Translations under genes and position numbers: made by a program | Shown: positions 20,539 through 31,013 of the stretch, in pieces | Numbering within the stretch: position 1 is the stretch's first letter | Layout: each line of letters opens with the position of its first letter | Notes under the pieces: generated by a model | Told to the model about the DNA's origin: nothing | The model's input: only the letters and a program-made list of their open reading frames with translations | The model's database searches: none | Assembly (NCBI GenBank): GCA_002255365.1 | Contig: NCBI01000006.1 | Span: 18,742 to 82,741 of the forward strand | From: Chromatiales bacterium 21-64-14 | GTDB taxonomy: Bacteria; Pseudomonadota; Gammaproteobacteria; 21-64-14 | Direction: 5' to 3' | DNA: 64,000 bases

Positions 20539-21246
20539 TTAGTCGGCCTTGGTGACCGGTTTCGCCGGCGGCTTGATGGACAGCAGATCGATGTCAAATA
20601 CCAAAGTCTGATTCGGACCGATCGCATCCCCCGCGCCGCGCGCGCCATAGGCGAGTTTACCGGGGATCACGACCTGCCACTTGGAACCCACGGGCATCTG
20701 TTTCAGCGCTTCCTGCCAACCGGGGATTACTTGTCCGACCGGGATCTCAGCGGGTTCGCCGCGCTTGTAGGAACTGTCGAATTCGGTACCGTTCGGCAGG
20801 GTTCCCCGATAGTTCACCACCACTGTGTCCCCGGCCGTGGGCTTCGGGCCGGTACCTTTGTGCAGTACCTTATATTGCAGACCGTCGGGCAGTTCCACCA
20901 CGCCCTTCTTCTTCCGGTTGGCCGCGAGGAAGGCCTCACCCGCCTTCTCGTTTTTCTCTGCCGCCATGGTCCGTTCGGCGATCTTCTTTTTCTGGAATTC
21001 CATTACCGCAACCTGCATCTGCTTAGCGGTGAGCTTGGGGGTCGCCCCGGAGAGCACGTCCCCGACCGCCAAGCTGAGGGCCTTGACGTCCAGATCCACG
21101 CCTTGGTCCTTCAGATTGTGGCCGATCTGGAACCCGATGGCGTAGCTCAGCCGCTCCTTCTCGGTCTTCAGACCGGCGGCGCCCTGAGCCCATGCCCCCA
21201 GCGGGAGGGTCGTAGCCAGGAATGCCAGGAGAAGTTTCTTTTTCAT
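20539..21246 (-). CDS. fkpA: FKBP-type peptidyl-prolyl cis-trans isomerase (periplasmic, FkpA-like)
   Basis: Signal peptide; N-terminal dimerisation helix; FKBP domain (GLQYKVL..G.G..P...D.V.V.Y.G.L.NG..FDSS). Confidence 0.8.
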   Translation of the reverse strand: MKKKLLLAFLATTLPLGAWAQGAAGLKTEKERLSYAIGFQIGHNLKDQGVDLDVKALSLAVGDVLSGATPKLTAKQMQVAVMEFQKKKIAERTMAAEKNEKAGEAFLAANRKKKGVVELPDGLQYKVLHKGTGPKPTAGDTVVVNYRGTLPNGTEFDSSYKRGEPAEIPVGQVIPGWQEALKQMPVGSKWQVVIPGKLAYGARGAGDAIGPNQTLVFDIDLLSIKPPAKPVTKAD

Positions 21247-21889
21247 GATGTCCCCTCAATGGTTGCGAAGTCCGGCGGCGCGCGGGTCGCGTGCGGCGCC
21301 ATGATGAGACCGCAGGCGGATTCGGCGTGGCCTCCCTGGGCCGCCGTGCCCCGGCGTCGGCACCGCGCTATGGTCCCATAACTGAAGCTCCGATCCAAGG
21401 GAGCGGCGTGCCGTTCCGGCGGCCCTGGTACGCTTTACCAGTGAATTCAATAATAAATTGAATTATATATGGATAATTATCAGTAATTATCAAAGAAGCG
21501 GTATAGGCGCGGTGGCAGGTAATGCTCAAGGGTGCCCGACCGGGCGCCGGCACGCGGCAGGGGGATGGGTAACCCACTCGGCGCGGAGGTGGCGCCATGC
21601 ACACGCGGTACTAGATGCCGGAGGACGTTGGCCTTCGGCTCCCGGGCGATCTGCGGTTCTCGTTCCGGGAGAGGCTCCGGGTAGTCCAGCGCTATCTGCG
21701 CGAAGTGCGCCGCGGCCAGCCGGTGATCGGCTTCCCTGGCCACGGGAGAATTCGGGTCCGCGCGGTCTGAACCCCGCTTCACGCCCGTCTGGTTCGGTGC
21801 CGCGCCAGCGTTGCGCGGGCCGCGGTATGTCATGACTTTTAAATATACAGCAGTTACCATGAAATATTTGTGGTCGGCGATAGGACGCC

Positions 21890-23962
21890 ATGGACATCAT
21901 CGACCTGAAGCAGCCAGAACTCTATTTCAATCGTGAACTGAGCCTGTTGGAATTCAGCGACCGCGTATTGGAACAGACCAAGGATGAGACGGCGCCACTC
22001 ATTGAGCGGCTCCGCTTCCTGTGTATCGCCAGTACCAACCTCGACGAATTCTTCGAGATCCGCGTCGCTGGGCTCAAGCAGCGTGCGGAACTGGGCGCAG
22101 TGCAATCCGGGCCCGACAACCGCACTCCCCAGGAGGTGCTGAAGGCAATCAGCGCCAAGGCGCGGAGATTGGTGGATGAACAGTACCGCGTCCTCAACGA
22201 TGTGCTGATCCCGCGGCTCGCCGAGCAGAACATCCGTTTCATCCGCCGTACGGAATGGACCGAGCCTCAGGAGGCATGGGTACGCAAGTACTTTGAAGAA
22301 AGTCTGCTGCCGGTGCTTTCCCCGCTGGGCTTGGATCCGGCTCACCCGTTTCCGCGTATTCTGAACAAGAGCCTCAATTTCATCGTATCTTTGGAGGGCA
22401 AGGACGCCTTCGGGCGCGGTGCCCAGGTGGCGGTGGTTCAGGCCCCGCGGGCGCTGCCGCGCATCATCCAGTTGCCTCCGGAGGACACCGGAGGCGGGCC
22501 TTGTGACTTCGTGTTCCTGTCTTCCGTCATACATGCCTTCATCGATCAGCAGTTCACCGGCATGAAGGTCAACGGTTGTTATCAGTTCCGGGTCACGCGC
22601 AACAGCGACCTGTTCGTGGACGAGGAGGAAATCGACGACCTGTTGCGTGCGGTCGAGGGCGAATTGGCCTCGCGCCGCTACGGGGCGGCAGTGCGCCTGG
22701 AGGTCGCCCATGACTGCCCGGACGACATGGTGGATTATTTGCTGAATAAATTTCAGCTCGGCCGCGACGACCTGTATCAGGTCAACGGGCCGGTGAATCT
22801 GAACCGCCTGTCCGCCGTCTGCGACCTCGTGGACCGTCCGGATCTCAAGTATCCCGGTTTCAGCTCCAGTCTCCCGGCGCGCCTCATGGGCAACCCGGAC
22901 TTGTTCGAAGTGCTGCGCCGTCAGGATATGTTGCTGCACCATCCGTTCGAGTCGTTCCTGCCGGTCATCGACCTCCTGCGTCAAGCCGCATCCGATCCCG
23001 ACGTGCTCGCCATCAAGCAGACTCTTTATCGCACGGGCCCGGAATCCGCGGTGGTGGATGCCTTGGTGGCCGCCGCCCAGGCGGCCAAGGAAGTCACCGT
23101 GATCATCGAGTTGCGGGCGCGCTTCGACGAGGCCGACAATATCGGGTTGGCCACTCGCCTGCAGGAGGCGGGCGCACATGTGGTCTACGGGATCGTCGGG
23201 TTCAAGACCCACGCCAAGATGATGCTGGTGGTGCGGCGCGAGGGGCGCGTGCTGCGTCGCTATGTGCATCTCGGTACCGGAAACTATCATCCCCGGACCG
23301 CGCGGCTGTATACGGATTACGGTTTGTTTACCGCCGATCCGGTGATCGGTGAAGATGTCCACCGGATCTTCCTGCAGCTTACCAGCGTGGGTCGGGCGTC
23401 GAAGATCCGCAAGATCCTCCAGTCCCCGTTCACCCTCCACGAGGGTATGCTCGCGCGGATCGACCGGGAGACCCGGAACGCCGCGGAAGGGCGCGCTGCG
23501 CGCATCATCGTCAAGCTCAATTCGCTGGTGGAGCCGCAGATCATCCAAGCGCTCTACAAGGCCTCCATGGCCGGGGTGCGTGTCGACCTGATCGTGCGCG
23601 GTATCTGCTGCCTGCGCCCCGGAGTTCCGGGGGTGTCGGATCGGATTCGCGTGCGCTCGGTGGTCGGGCGTTTTCTCGAACATACCCGGGTGTATTTCTT
23701 CCACAACGGCGGTGAGCCGGAAGTGTTCTGTGCCAGTGCCGACTGGATGGAGCGCAATTTTTTTCGCCGCGTGGAAGTCTGCTTCCCGATTGAATCGCGC
23801 GCGTTGCGCGAGCGGGTGGTGAAGGAACTCAAACTCTATCTCAAGGACAACACCCAGGCATGGGTGCTCCAGTCCGACGGGTCCTATCAGCGGCGTACCC
23901 CCCGGGGCGGGAGCGCGCCGTTCTCCGTTCAGCAGGCCCTTCTGGCCAGCTTGGCCGGTTAA
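21890..23962 (+). CDS. ppk: polyphosphate kinase 1
   Basis: Colinear with PPK1: ELYFNRELSLLEFNRRVL N-terminus; two PLD-like HKD regions; 690 aa. Confidence 0.9.
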   Translation: MDIIDLKQPELYFNRELSLLEFSDRVLEQTKDETAPLIERLRFLCIASTNLDEFFEIRVAGLKQRAELGAVQSGPDNRTPQEVLKAISAKARRLVDEQYRVLNDVLIPRLAEQNIRFIRRTEWTEPQEAWVRKYFEESLLPVLSPLGLDPAHPFPRILNKSLNFIVSLEGKDAFGRGAQVAVVQAPRALPRIIQLPPEDTGGGPCDFVFLSSVIHAFIDQQFTGMKVNGCYQFRVTRNSDLFVDEEEIDDLLRAVEGELASRRYGAAVRLEVAHDCPDDMVDYLLNKFQLGRDDLYQVNGPVNLNRLSAVCDLVDRPDLKYPGFSSSLPARLMGNPDLFEVLRRQDMLLHHPFESFLPVIDLLRQAASDPDVLAIKQTLYRTGPESAVVDALVAAAQAAKEVTVIIELRARFDEADNIGLATRLQEAGAHVVYGIVGFKTHAKMMLVVRREGRVLRRYVHLGTGNYHPRTARLYTDYGLFTADPVIGEDVHRIFLQLTSVGRASKIRKILQSPFTLHEGMLARIDRETRNAAEGRAARIIVKLNSLVEPQIIQALYKASMAGVRVDLIVRGICCLRPGVPGVSDRIRVRSVVGRFLEHTRVYFFHNGGEPEVFCASADWMERNFFRRVEVCFPIESRALRERVVKELKLYLKDNTQAWVLQSDGSYQRRTPRGGSAPFSVQQALLASLAG

Positions 23963-24099
23963 CGGGCGGTCTACCCGCCGCGCGACAGTCCGCGCTTCGC
24001 GCCGGTGTTTGTCACACGGGCGCGGCGGCGACCTCAGGACGGCGCCCATACCGGTGGCGAACCTCACCATCCCTCGGGCCCACTCATGAACCATGCGCG

Positions 24100-25605
24100 C
24101 TAGGTGATCGTCAGCGTGTAGCCGTCGGCCTTCAGGTAGTCGGCTTCCTGTTCCAGATCCGCCTGAGTGAGAGGATGCGCTTCCATCCACCCCTCCGGAA
24201 AGCGCAGCGCGATGGTTTTCGCATCGCCTTCCAGCTGTATCTGAGGAGGGAGGTTAGGATTGCGGCTGCGATGCACCACCACGGCGAGGCGCAGGATGAG
24301 GGCAAGGCGGGTTGCGGGTTGAATCCACGCCGCGGGCAGTTCGCGCAACACTGCCACGGGAAACTTGCGCCGATGGGCGCGGACGACGGCCGCAAGCAAT
24401 TGCTGGTCACGGCGCGAGAAACCCGCCAGATCGGCGTTGGCGAGCACGTAGGCGCCATGCTTGTGGTAGCCGCTGTGGGCGATGCCCATGCCGAGCTCGT
24501 GCAGCCGCGCGGCCCAGCTCAGCAGGCGTTCCGAGGCATCCTCGTCCAAGGACCATGTCCCCGCCACTTGGCCGAGAAAGTCCAGTGCGGTGCGTTCCAC
24601 CCGCTGGGCCTGTGCGAGATCGACGTTGTAGCGGCTTGCCAAGTTCGTCACGGTGCGCCCGCGCACATCGTCCTGGGCATGACGCCCGATGAGATCGAAC
24701 AGCAGGCCCTCGCGCAGCGCGCCGTCGGATACCCGCATGCGCTCGATGCCCAGCGCCTCGAAGGTGGCCAGGGCCACGGCGACGCCGCCGGGAAACACCG
24801 GGACGCGCGCCTCGCTCACCCCCGGAAGCTTGATCCGGCCCACATGACCGGCCTTCAGCAGGGCCTCCTGCAACCGGCGCAAGGCGGGTAAGGTGATCCC
24901 GGCGTCGCTCCAGCCCGATTCCAGCACCGCGCGGAGGATGGCGCGCAGGGTACCGGATGCGCCGATCGCGTCGCCCCAGCCGAGCCGCCGGAACGCCTCT
25001 ACGTGGGGTTCCAGTTCAGTGCGCGCCGCCAGCTCCGCGCGGCGCCAGCGCTTGGGGGTGATCTCTCCATCCGCGAAGTGGGCGCGACTCATGGTGACAC
25101 AGCCCATGTAGAGGCTTTCCATGTGTACCGGCTCGAAATGCTCGCCGATGATCAGCTCGGTGCTGCCGCCACCGATATCCATGGCGAGTCGTCGGCTACC
25201 GTCGTCGGCCACGCTGTGGGAGACCCCTGCGTAGACCAGCCGCGCCTCCTCGACCCCGGAGATCACCTCGATGGGGTGCCCGAGCGCCTGTTCGGCGGCG
25301 GCCAGGAATTCCGGGGCATTGCGGGCGCTGCGCAAGGTATTGGTGCCGACCGCGCGCACGCTCCCCGGCGCCATATGGCGCAGCCGCTGGCCGAAGCGTT
25401 CCAGGCAGGCGAGGGCGCGCTGCGCCGCCTCCTGCGTGATGCGGCGCTCCGCGTCCAAGCCACCAGCGAGGCGCACCATGTCATGCAGGCGATCGACCAC
25501 ACTGAGCTGCCCGTCCAGGAGCCGGGCGACCAGCATATGGAAGCTGTTAGAGCCGAGATCGACGGCAGCGACGGTCTCGGGTAGGGCTTTCCTGGCGCGG
25601 GGCAC
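24100..25605 (-). CDS. ppx: exopolyphosphatase (Ppx/GppA family)
   Basis: AAVDLGSNSFHMLVARL, DIGGGSTE, LPGVSEARV motifs colinear with E. coli Ppx; GTG 25605 fits the Ppx N-terminus; the ORF frame extends to 25806. Confidence 0.85.
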   Translation of the reverse strand: MPRARKALPETVAAVDLGSNSFHMLVARLLDGQLSVVDRLHDMVRLAGGLDAERRITQEAAQRALACLERFGQRLRHMAPGSVRAVGTNTLRSARNAPEFLAAAEQALGHPIEVISGVEEARLVYAGVSHSVADDGSRRLAMDIGGGSTELIIGEHFEPVHMESLYMGCVTMSRAHFADGEITPKRWRRAELAARTELEPHVEAFRRLGWGDAIGASGTLRAILRAVLESGWSDAGITLPALRRLQEALLKAGHVGRIKLPGVSEARVPVFPGGVAVALATFEALGIERMRVSDGALREGLLFDLIGRHAQDDVRGRTVTNLASRYNVDLAQAQRVERTALDFLGQVAGTWSLDEDASERLLSWAARLHELGMGIAHSGYHKHGAYVLANADLAGFSRRDQQLLAAVVRAHRRKFPVAVLRELPAAWIQPATRLALILRLAVVVHRSRNPNLPPQIQLEGDAKTIALRFPEGWMEAHPLTQADLEQEADYLKADGYTLTIT

Positions 25606-25699
25606 GGGGAATGTGTTAGCTCGGCGACGTGGCTCGGGTGGATCCAGGGACCATTCTGTCCGCTTGCGCCGCCTCCGGCAAGCACGACCGTGGTGTGGG

Positions 25700-26719
25700 T
25701 TATTCCAAGTCCGCGGTTTGCACCGCCCGCAGCGGCGCCGTGCCGCACGTCGCCAAGCGGCGGGCGCTCGCCCGCACCGATTCCAGTAGCGCAGCGTCTT
25801 GGTCAATGCTTCGCGCGTGCAGTACCACCCAGGCGGTGCGGTGGCGGACTACGGACTGTTGCGCCATCGCCATCAGTCCTGGTAATGGGTCGTCCCGCAG
25901 GGTGCGGCGCAATTGTGCCAGCGGCGCGTCGGCGAGCACCGATTCTATCACGCGCAACCCATGGCGTCCGGTGGCCTTGCGTGTCATCGCGCGCAAGCGC
26001 TCCGCCAGTACATGACTGTCCTGGAGTTCCCCGAGCTGATCTTGGAACGCGCTCAACCCAGCCAGTACCCCGGCGCCACCTTCCAGAGGGCCGGCAAAGG
26101 GTTCCAACAGATAACGCACGCTCTTGACGCGCAGGCGTACCCGGTGCGCCTGCGGATCGTCGGGCGCGGACCGTAGTTCTATCAGCGCACGCTCCAGCGC
26201 GTCGGCATAGCGATGGATTTGCACGCCGGTCGCTTGAGCGAATCCCACTGCCCAGGGGGCGGGTCCCCGGCTTCCGAGTCGCGCCAACAGACGTTCCTCG
26301 ATCCGTGCCCAGGCGGCGGGGACGCGCTTTTGCGCGCGACGCCGGGCCCGGACTTGGCGCTGTTCCCACTGGCCGATAAGCCACTCCACCCCGGGACGTT
26401 CCCGTGGCGCAAGTCCCGGGCGCGGGGATCGCAGCCATCCCGACGCGGCTTCGGCGTTGCGAGCGCCATTAGTGGTGCGCCGCAGGCGTCCCAGCGACCT
26501 CGGGATCTTGTCTCCGGTATTCAGCCACGCGCCGTAGGCCCGCAGTATGACCCGCAGGCGCCGCAGCGCCACGCGGAGATTGTGCAGCGCCTCCGGATCA
26601 TCCGTATCTCGCAGCTGTTTGACGCTGGTGCTCACGTTGCGGATCTGGGCAAGGCACCCGCGTCGCGCCCCGTCGACGGCGCTAAGGTGAAACAGGCCGA
26701 TATCCGCTGGCGTTCTCAT
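25700..26719 (-). CDS. CHAD-domain protein (polyphosphate-granule associated)
   Basis: Helical Arg/His-rich repeats with HxLRVALRRLR-type CHAD motifs; immediately upstream of ppx. Confidence 0.6.
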   Translation of the reverse strand: MRTPADIGLFHLSAVDGARRGCLAQIRNVSTSVKQLRDTDDPEALHNLRVALRRLRVILRAYGAWLNTGDKIPRSLGRLRRTTNGARNAEAASGWLRSPRPGLAPRERPGVEWLIGQWEQRQVRARRRAQKRVPAAWARIEERLLARLGSRGPAPWAVGFAQATGVQIHRYADALERALIELRSAPDDPQAHRVRLRVKSVRYLLEPFAGPLEGGAGVLAGLSAFQDQLGELQDSHVLAERLRAMTRKATGRHGLRVIESVLADAPLAQLRRTLRDDPLPGLMAMAQQSVVRHRTAWVVLHARSIDQDAALLESVRASARRLATCGTAPLRAVQTADLE

Positions 26720-27222
26720 AGTGTCTCGCTGTCGCCCAGCTCGCGGAGCTGGCGCGGCGTGTAGGCCCAGCGGAGCACTGCGGTCCCGAACGCAGGCATG
26801 GCAGGAAACTCGAGGAGACAGGCGGCGCCCTTCTTAAAGATAAACATGGGTGGGTCGGTACGGTCCAGGCACGCGCTGACCCACAAGCCCAGGATGGGTT
26901 CATGCCCTACCAGAATCATGACCGTGCCCGCGGTGTGTGTGGAGACCCATTCCAGCAGATCCTCGCCACAGGTGCCGGGCGCAAGAACGGAGGACTGTTC
27001 CAGCGTAACTCCGCCGTAGGCCTGGGCGATGAGTTCCGCGGTCTGTACCGCCCGTAGCAGGGGGCTGCTGACCAACCGCGTTGGTCCGCGAAGAATTCGC
27101 GCGAGTCCGATGGCGCCGCGGCGCATTTTCGCGCGGCCTTCTGGGGTCAGGGGCCGCGTGGCGTCACCGCCGGGGTCGCGGTCCTCCGCGATCGCATGCC
27201 GTACCACAGCGACCTGCAGCAT
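26716..27222 (-). CDS. sixA: phosphohistidine phosphatase SixA-like (histidine phosphatase superfamily)
   Basis: VVRHAIAE...RPLTPEGR (RHG motif) and C-terminal LVGHEP; 4-nt overlap with the CHAD gene; start ATG 27222. Confidence 0.6.
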   Translation of the reverse strand: MLQVAVVRHAIAEDRDPGGDATRPLTPEGRAKMRRGAIGLARILRGPTRLVSSPLLRAVQTAELIAQAYGGVTLEQSSVLAPGTCGEDLLEWVSTHTAGTVMILVGHEPILGLWVSACLDRTDPPMFIFKKGAACLLEFPAMPAFGTAVLRWAYTPRQLRELGDSETL

Positions 27223-27632
27223 GTGGGGGGTCCGCTCCTTAAGAATGGGGATCATGCCGGGGACCGGGCCGGCGTGCCTGCGGTTCAGTATAGGTAGCGG
27301 TTTTCCGGCCCGTCAAATCGTTCCGCGACGGCGCGCGCCGTTAGGATCAGATTCCCGGAAGGAGCTTACAAAAGGGAGTCCTCGATATTCAACTTCCTAT
27401 GGCCTGCAACAGGTGCATCGTTTACCTTATTCCCAATCCCTCCATCTGTTTGAAATATGCGCAAAATGCCGACTTCCGGCACTTGGCGGGTAGGAATCGG
27501 CTTGCGGCCAACGCGGTCGGCGGAAAAGCGTTCCTCCAGGATGTAATTTCAGTTGCGTTCCGACTGTTGGTCGCTCACCCGTAGCCCGCACTCAGTTATA
27601 TTCTGTACTATTTGCGATTTTTGAGATCGGCT

Positions 27633-28400
27633 CTAGTTCCTTCCTGCAATGACGCCCCCATCCACGTCCCATATTGCGCCCGTTACCCAAGCGGCTTTGC
27701 TGGAAAGCAGAAAGCATATGGTGTTGGCGACATCGTCCGGGACACCGATACGTCCGATGGGATGAAAGGCATTGAATGTCGCCAGTGTGGCGTCGATTTG
27801 CTTCGGGTCGATAAAGGCTTCGTATATGGGTGTCTTGACGACCGCGGGTGAGACTGCATTGACACGGATATTGTGGTCGGCCAGTTCCATGGCCATATGC
27901 TGGGTGAGTGAATGGAGGCCTGCCTTTGCCATTGAATAGGCTGACGACGGCGTGGCTTTAATGGCTTGCTTCGCCCACATGGAGCCGATGTTCACGATCG
28001 AGCCACCGCCATGGGTCACCATGTTCTTCGCGACAGCTTGGGAGATAAAGAATAGGGCCTTGTTCAGCGCCATGTAGGTTTCATAGTCCTCCTCGGAGTG
28101 CTCCAGGAAAGGGGTGGGCTTGAAATAGCCAGCCGCGTTTACCAGATACTTGATATGACGGTTATGATCGTTGGCTAGCGCCGTAACGCGTGCGATGCCG
28201 GAGGGCTCATAGAGGTTCGCTTGCAAGGGCTCGATTACGCCATAGTTGGATAGCGCCGCGATGGCGTGCTCGAGCTTTTTTGCGTCGTTGCCGACGATCA
28301 CTGCTTTAGAGCCGGATTCGAGTAGTTGCTTGGCTACGGCATAACCAATGCCGCTTGAACCGCCCACAATCATTGCCCATGCTGCGTTTGACGTGGTCAT
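27633..28400 (-). CDS. SDR-family oxidoreductase
   Basis: [11 protein letters not shown] Rossmann motif; catalytic YxxxK (YSMAKAGL); lower GC (~55%) than surroundings. Confidence 0.75.
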   Translation of the reverse strand: MTTSNAAWAMIVGGSSGIGYAVAKQLLESGSKAVIVGNDAKKLEHAIAALSNYGVIEPLQANLYEPSGIARVTALANDHNRHIKYLVNAAGYFKPTPFLEHSEEDYETYMALNKALFFISQAVAKNMVTHGGGSIVNIGSMWAKQAIKATPSSAYSMAKAGLHSLTQHMAMELADHNIRVNAVSPAVVKTPIYEAFIDPKQIDATLATFNAFHPIGRIGVPDDVANTICFLLSSKAAWVTGAIWDVDGGVIAGRN

Positions 28401-28530
28401 CTTTATCTCCTGGTGAATGCGTAGAGGCCGTGGGCGCCACTTTAGTGGCGGCGGTATACTATTGAAAGCCGGTGCAAAGCCATTGGGTAGGCAGTTTTCG
28501 GCGCATTTTCATGAAAAACATAGGGAATAA

Positions 28531-28854
28531 ATTTTCCCGGACGTCAGTGCCGGAACGTACTGCCCGGATGGTGGAGGCCATTTACGGCGCAAGTGGTTAC
28601 TTGCCGCCTACAATTTACAGGCAAATGAGATCAACCGGCCAGACGAGATGGTTCGATCTGTCGAGGGTCTTTCGACGGAGGTATTGAACGAGTGTCTGAG
28701 GCGGAACGTCGAGTTTGGAATTCTGGAACGGGTTGCATTCGCTGAGGTTCCGCCCCGGGCGGAATATAGGGTGACGCCATTCAAGGAGAAATTCCTTCGC
28801 ATTCTCGATGAGCTTGAGAAGTTGCAGGACAAGATTGAAAGTGAGCCGTTGTAG
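28531..28854 (+). pseudogene. HxlR-family winged-helix regulator lacking a canonical start (probable pseudogene or non-canonical initiation)
   Basis: C-terminal half EVPPRAEYRVTPFKEKFLRILDELEKL matches the HxlR consensus; the upstream in-frame segment (from the stop at 28528) encodes a CPDGG...KW HxlR-like N-term but has no ATG/GTG/TTG; first ATG is 28648; divergent from the SDR as typical for HxlR. Confidence 0.4.
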
Positions 28855-29007
28855 TGACATCGAGCGCAGACGCCGCAAGTTTGGCGTTGGAGTTCCTGCC
28901 GCCCATAGGCGGTTGCCACACGAGCTTCCGGCGACGCTGTTGTTTGCCGGAATGGGAAAAAAAAGGGGAGTCTCGTAGGGTAACGTGCGAATAGTGGAAT
29001 AGGGGGG

Positions 29008-29646
29008 GTGACTGTGATTACGAAAATGACAGGTCAAAAGATGGGGATTGGGGCCGCAACGAGCAACGACCCGCGGCCCAATGGCGACAAATATTCTACG
29101 TGCAGCAATCTCCCATTGCGGGTAGGCCGCAGAATCCGCGCGATTCAGTATCTTGTTGTTGGCCTATCCATCACGGTGGTCCAGCCGGCATGGTCCGCGG
29201 GACCTGATCTGAAGCCCGGGCTTTGGGAATATGCAACGTCCATCAAGGGGGCGGGTGTTGTTATGCCGGACCTGAGCAAACTGCCTCCGGAGCAGCGCGA
29301 GAAATTTCGCAAGGCGTTGATACAAATGGAAACTGAGCCGCGCAACATCGCGCTAAAAATTTGTTTGACCGAGGAGAAGATAAAGAGCATGGATTTCTCT
29401 GCGCGGAAAAAATCTCCCCACTGCACGCAAAGCGTGACGCAGGACGGGTCGGGGAAGTGGACCGAGACGTCGCATTGTGTGACGGACGGGCAGGCACAGG
29501 ATTCGGTTGTTAAAATTCATGTACTGAATCCCACCCATGTGACGAGTGCCGGTCAGGTTACCGTCACACGGGGCGCGCAGGTCCATAAATCGGAATTTCG
29601 TCAGGATGGTAAATGGGTGAGTGCCGATTGCGGCGGCGTGAAATAA
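29008..29646 (+). CDS. hypothetical secreted protein (possibly DUF3617-like)
   Basis: Hydrophobic signal-like segment AIQYLVVGLSITVVQPAWSAGP then PGLWE motif; Cys-containing C-terminal domain; low GC. Confidence 0.35.
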   Translation: MTVITKMTGQKMGIGAATSNDPRPNGDKYSTCSNLPLRVGRRIRAIQYLVVGLSITVVQPAWSAGPDLKPGLWEYATSIKGAGVVMPDLSKLPPEQREKFRKALIQMETEPRNIALKICLTEEKIKSMDFSARKKSPHCTQSVTQDGSGKWTETSHCVTDGQAQDSVVKIHVLNPTHVTSAGQVTVTRGAQVHKSEFRQDGKWVSADCGGVK

Positions 29647-30042
29647 GTAGCCACATGATGCGGGATGGACTTGGTGTTGGAAGGCCCGCAGCGGGTCTAA
29701 GTAGCGTTGGTGGGGCGGTGGGCTGAGCTGAGCGGAGGGCCCGAGTTGGGAACCAACTTACTATCAATACCCGTTGCGCTACGTTCTAACTAATGGCTTG
29801 GCAGCTTCGTCGGAACACGCGGCACTTTTGCGCTTGCAGTTGGCCATGGCGTTGGGCGGAATACGCAGCACGGCACGGGTTTGGATGTATTCGGGCGGCT
29901 TTTGTGCGGAAGTTGTTGGCTGGGCCTGGTACCATTTTCCGCCAGATAACATGACCGCGAATTGGTGTTGGCGTGCGTGGGATTAACGGTAGCAGATGAA
30001 GCGCTCCTCCTCTCCTGCTGGTTCGGAGCGCTTAGAAGTAAA

Positions 30043-30118
<76 letters not shown>

Positions 30119-30182
30119 GGTCGCGGTTTTACCACGTTTCCGCGCGGCGCGCGCTATTCTAGCACCGTCGCCGGGCCGGGTG

Positions 30183-30908
30183 CTAGCGGCGGCGGCGCTG
30201 GAGCAGTCTGCGCTCGAGTTCGGCCACGAACCGTTCCAGGCACTTCTGCTGGGCGCGGGTCAGGTCGAGAAACCGCCCACCGATGCGCAGTTTGCCCCGT
30301 GCCTCGTCGAATCGCACATAGCACACCTCCAGCGCGCTGCGCAGCGGAGGGGCGTCCGGGAGTTGGACCACGCAGGCCGGGACGGTATCGCCCCGTTGCA
30401 GGGTGCCGCTGGCGAGATAGGCGCCGACTCCGCTCACCGACAGATCATGCAACGAGCCATCCAGGAGTTGCTCGGGGCCGAGGGCAAGCTGAACTGGGAT
30501 CACCAAGGACGCGCCGACTTCCACCCGGTAATGGGTGCGCCGCTGGCGATAGCGGACCAGGCCGGGTATGGCCAACTGATAGTAGGCGATGCCCGCGGCG
30601 CCGCCGATCTCCTGCACCGCCGCGGGAAAGCGGATCTCGATGCCGTGCAGCCGGCCGATGACCTGCAGCTTGCGCGCTTCCAACAGGCGCTCATGACCGC
30701 GGCGCGGGTTCAGTTCGTCCAGCAGCAGGTGGCCCAGATCGGGATCCACCTCTAGCAGGGCACTGCTGTAGAGGGATTGTTCGCCGGGGATCGAGACGGA
30801 GAGCAGGGCGTGACTGTCCATCAGGCCGCGGAGCAGGGCCACGATCCGGGTAGGGTCGGTAACGTTCTCTTCGGCCCCGAATGGGTCTTGCCGGGATTGG
30901 TTTTCCAT
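30183..30908 (-). CDS. flgZ: flagellar brake protein YcgR/FlgZ-like (PilZN + PilZ domains)
   Basis: YcgR-type N-terminus (IVALLRGLMDSHALLSV), C-terminal PilZ RxxxR-like region, and position downstream of flgMN as in Pseudomonas FlgZ; start ATG 30908. Confidence 0.7.
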   Translation of the reverse strand: MENQSRQDPFGAEENVTDPTRIVALLRGLMDSHALLSVSIPGEQSLYSSALLEVDPDLGHLLLDELNPRRGHERLLEARKLQVIGRLHGIEIRFPAAVQEIGGAAGIAYYQLAIPGLVRYRQRRTHYRVEVGASLVIPVQLALGPEQLLDGSLHDLSVSGVGAYLASGTLQRGDTVPACVVQLPDAPPLRSALEVCYVRFDEARGKLRIGGRFLDLTRAQQKCLERFVAELERRLLQRRRR

Positions 30909-31013
30909 GTGCTCAGGGGGTGTTTCCCCGCGCCGCACAAGGCGGCTCGGTCGCTGTGACTGGAGCATCGTGATGCGCCTCCCTGCGCCGGTTCATCGGG
31001 TGCCGCCGTCGGC

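Noticed and set aside
20404-21381. 325-aa + strand ORF
   Set aside because: Antisense to fkpA and extends into the intergenic region; no coding-like composition
21854-24190. 778-aa minus-strand ORF
   Set aside because: Entirely antisense to ppk, which shows full-length PPK1 similarity; the long open frame is a GC-content artefact
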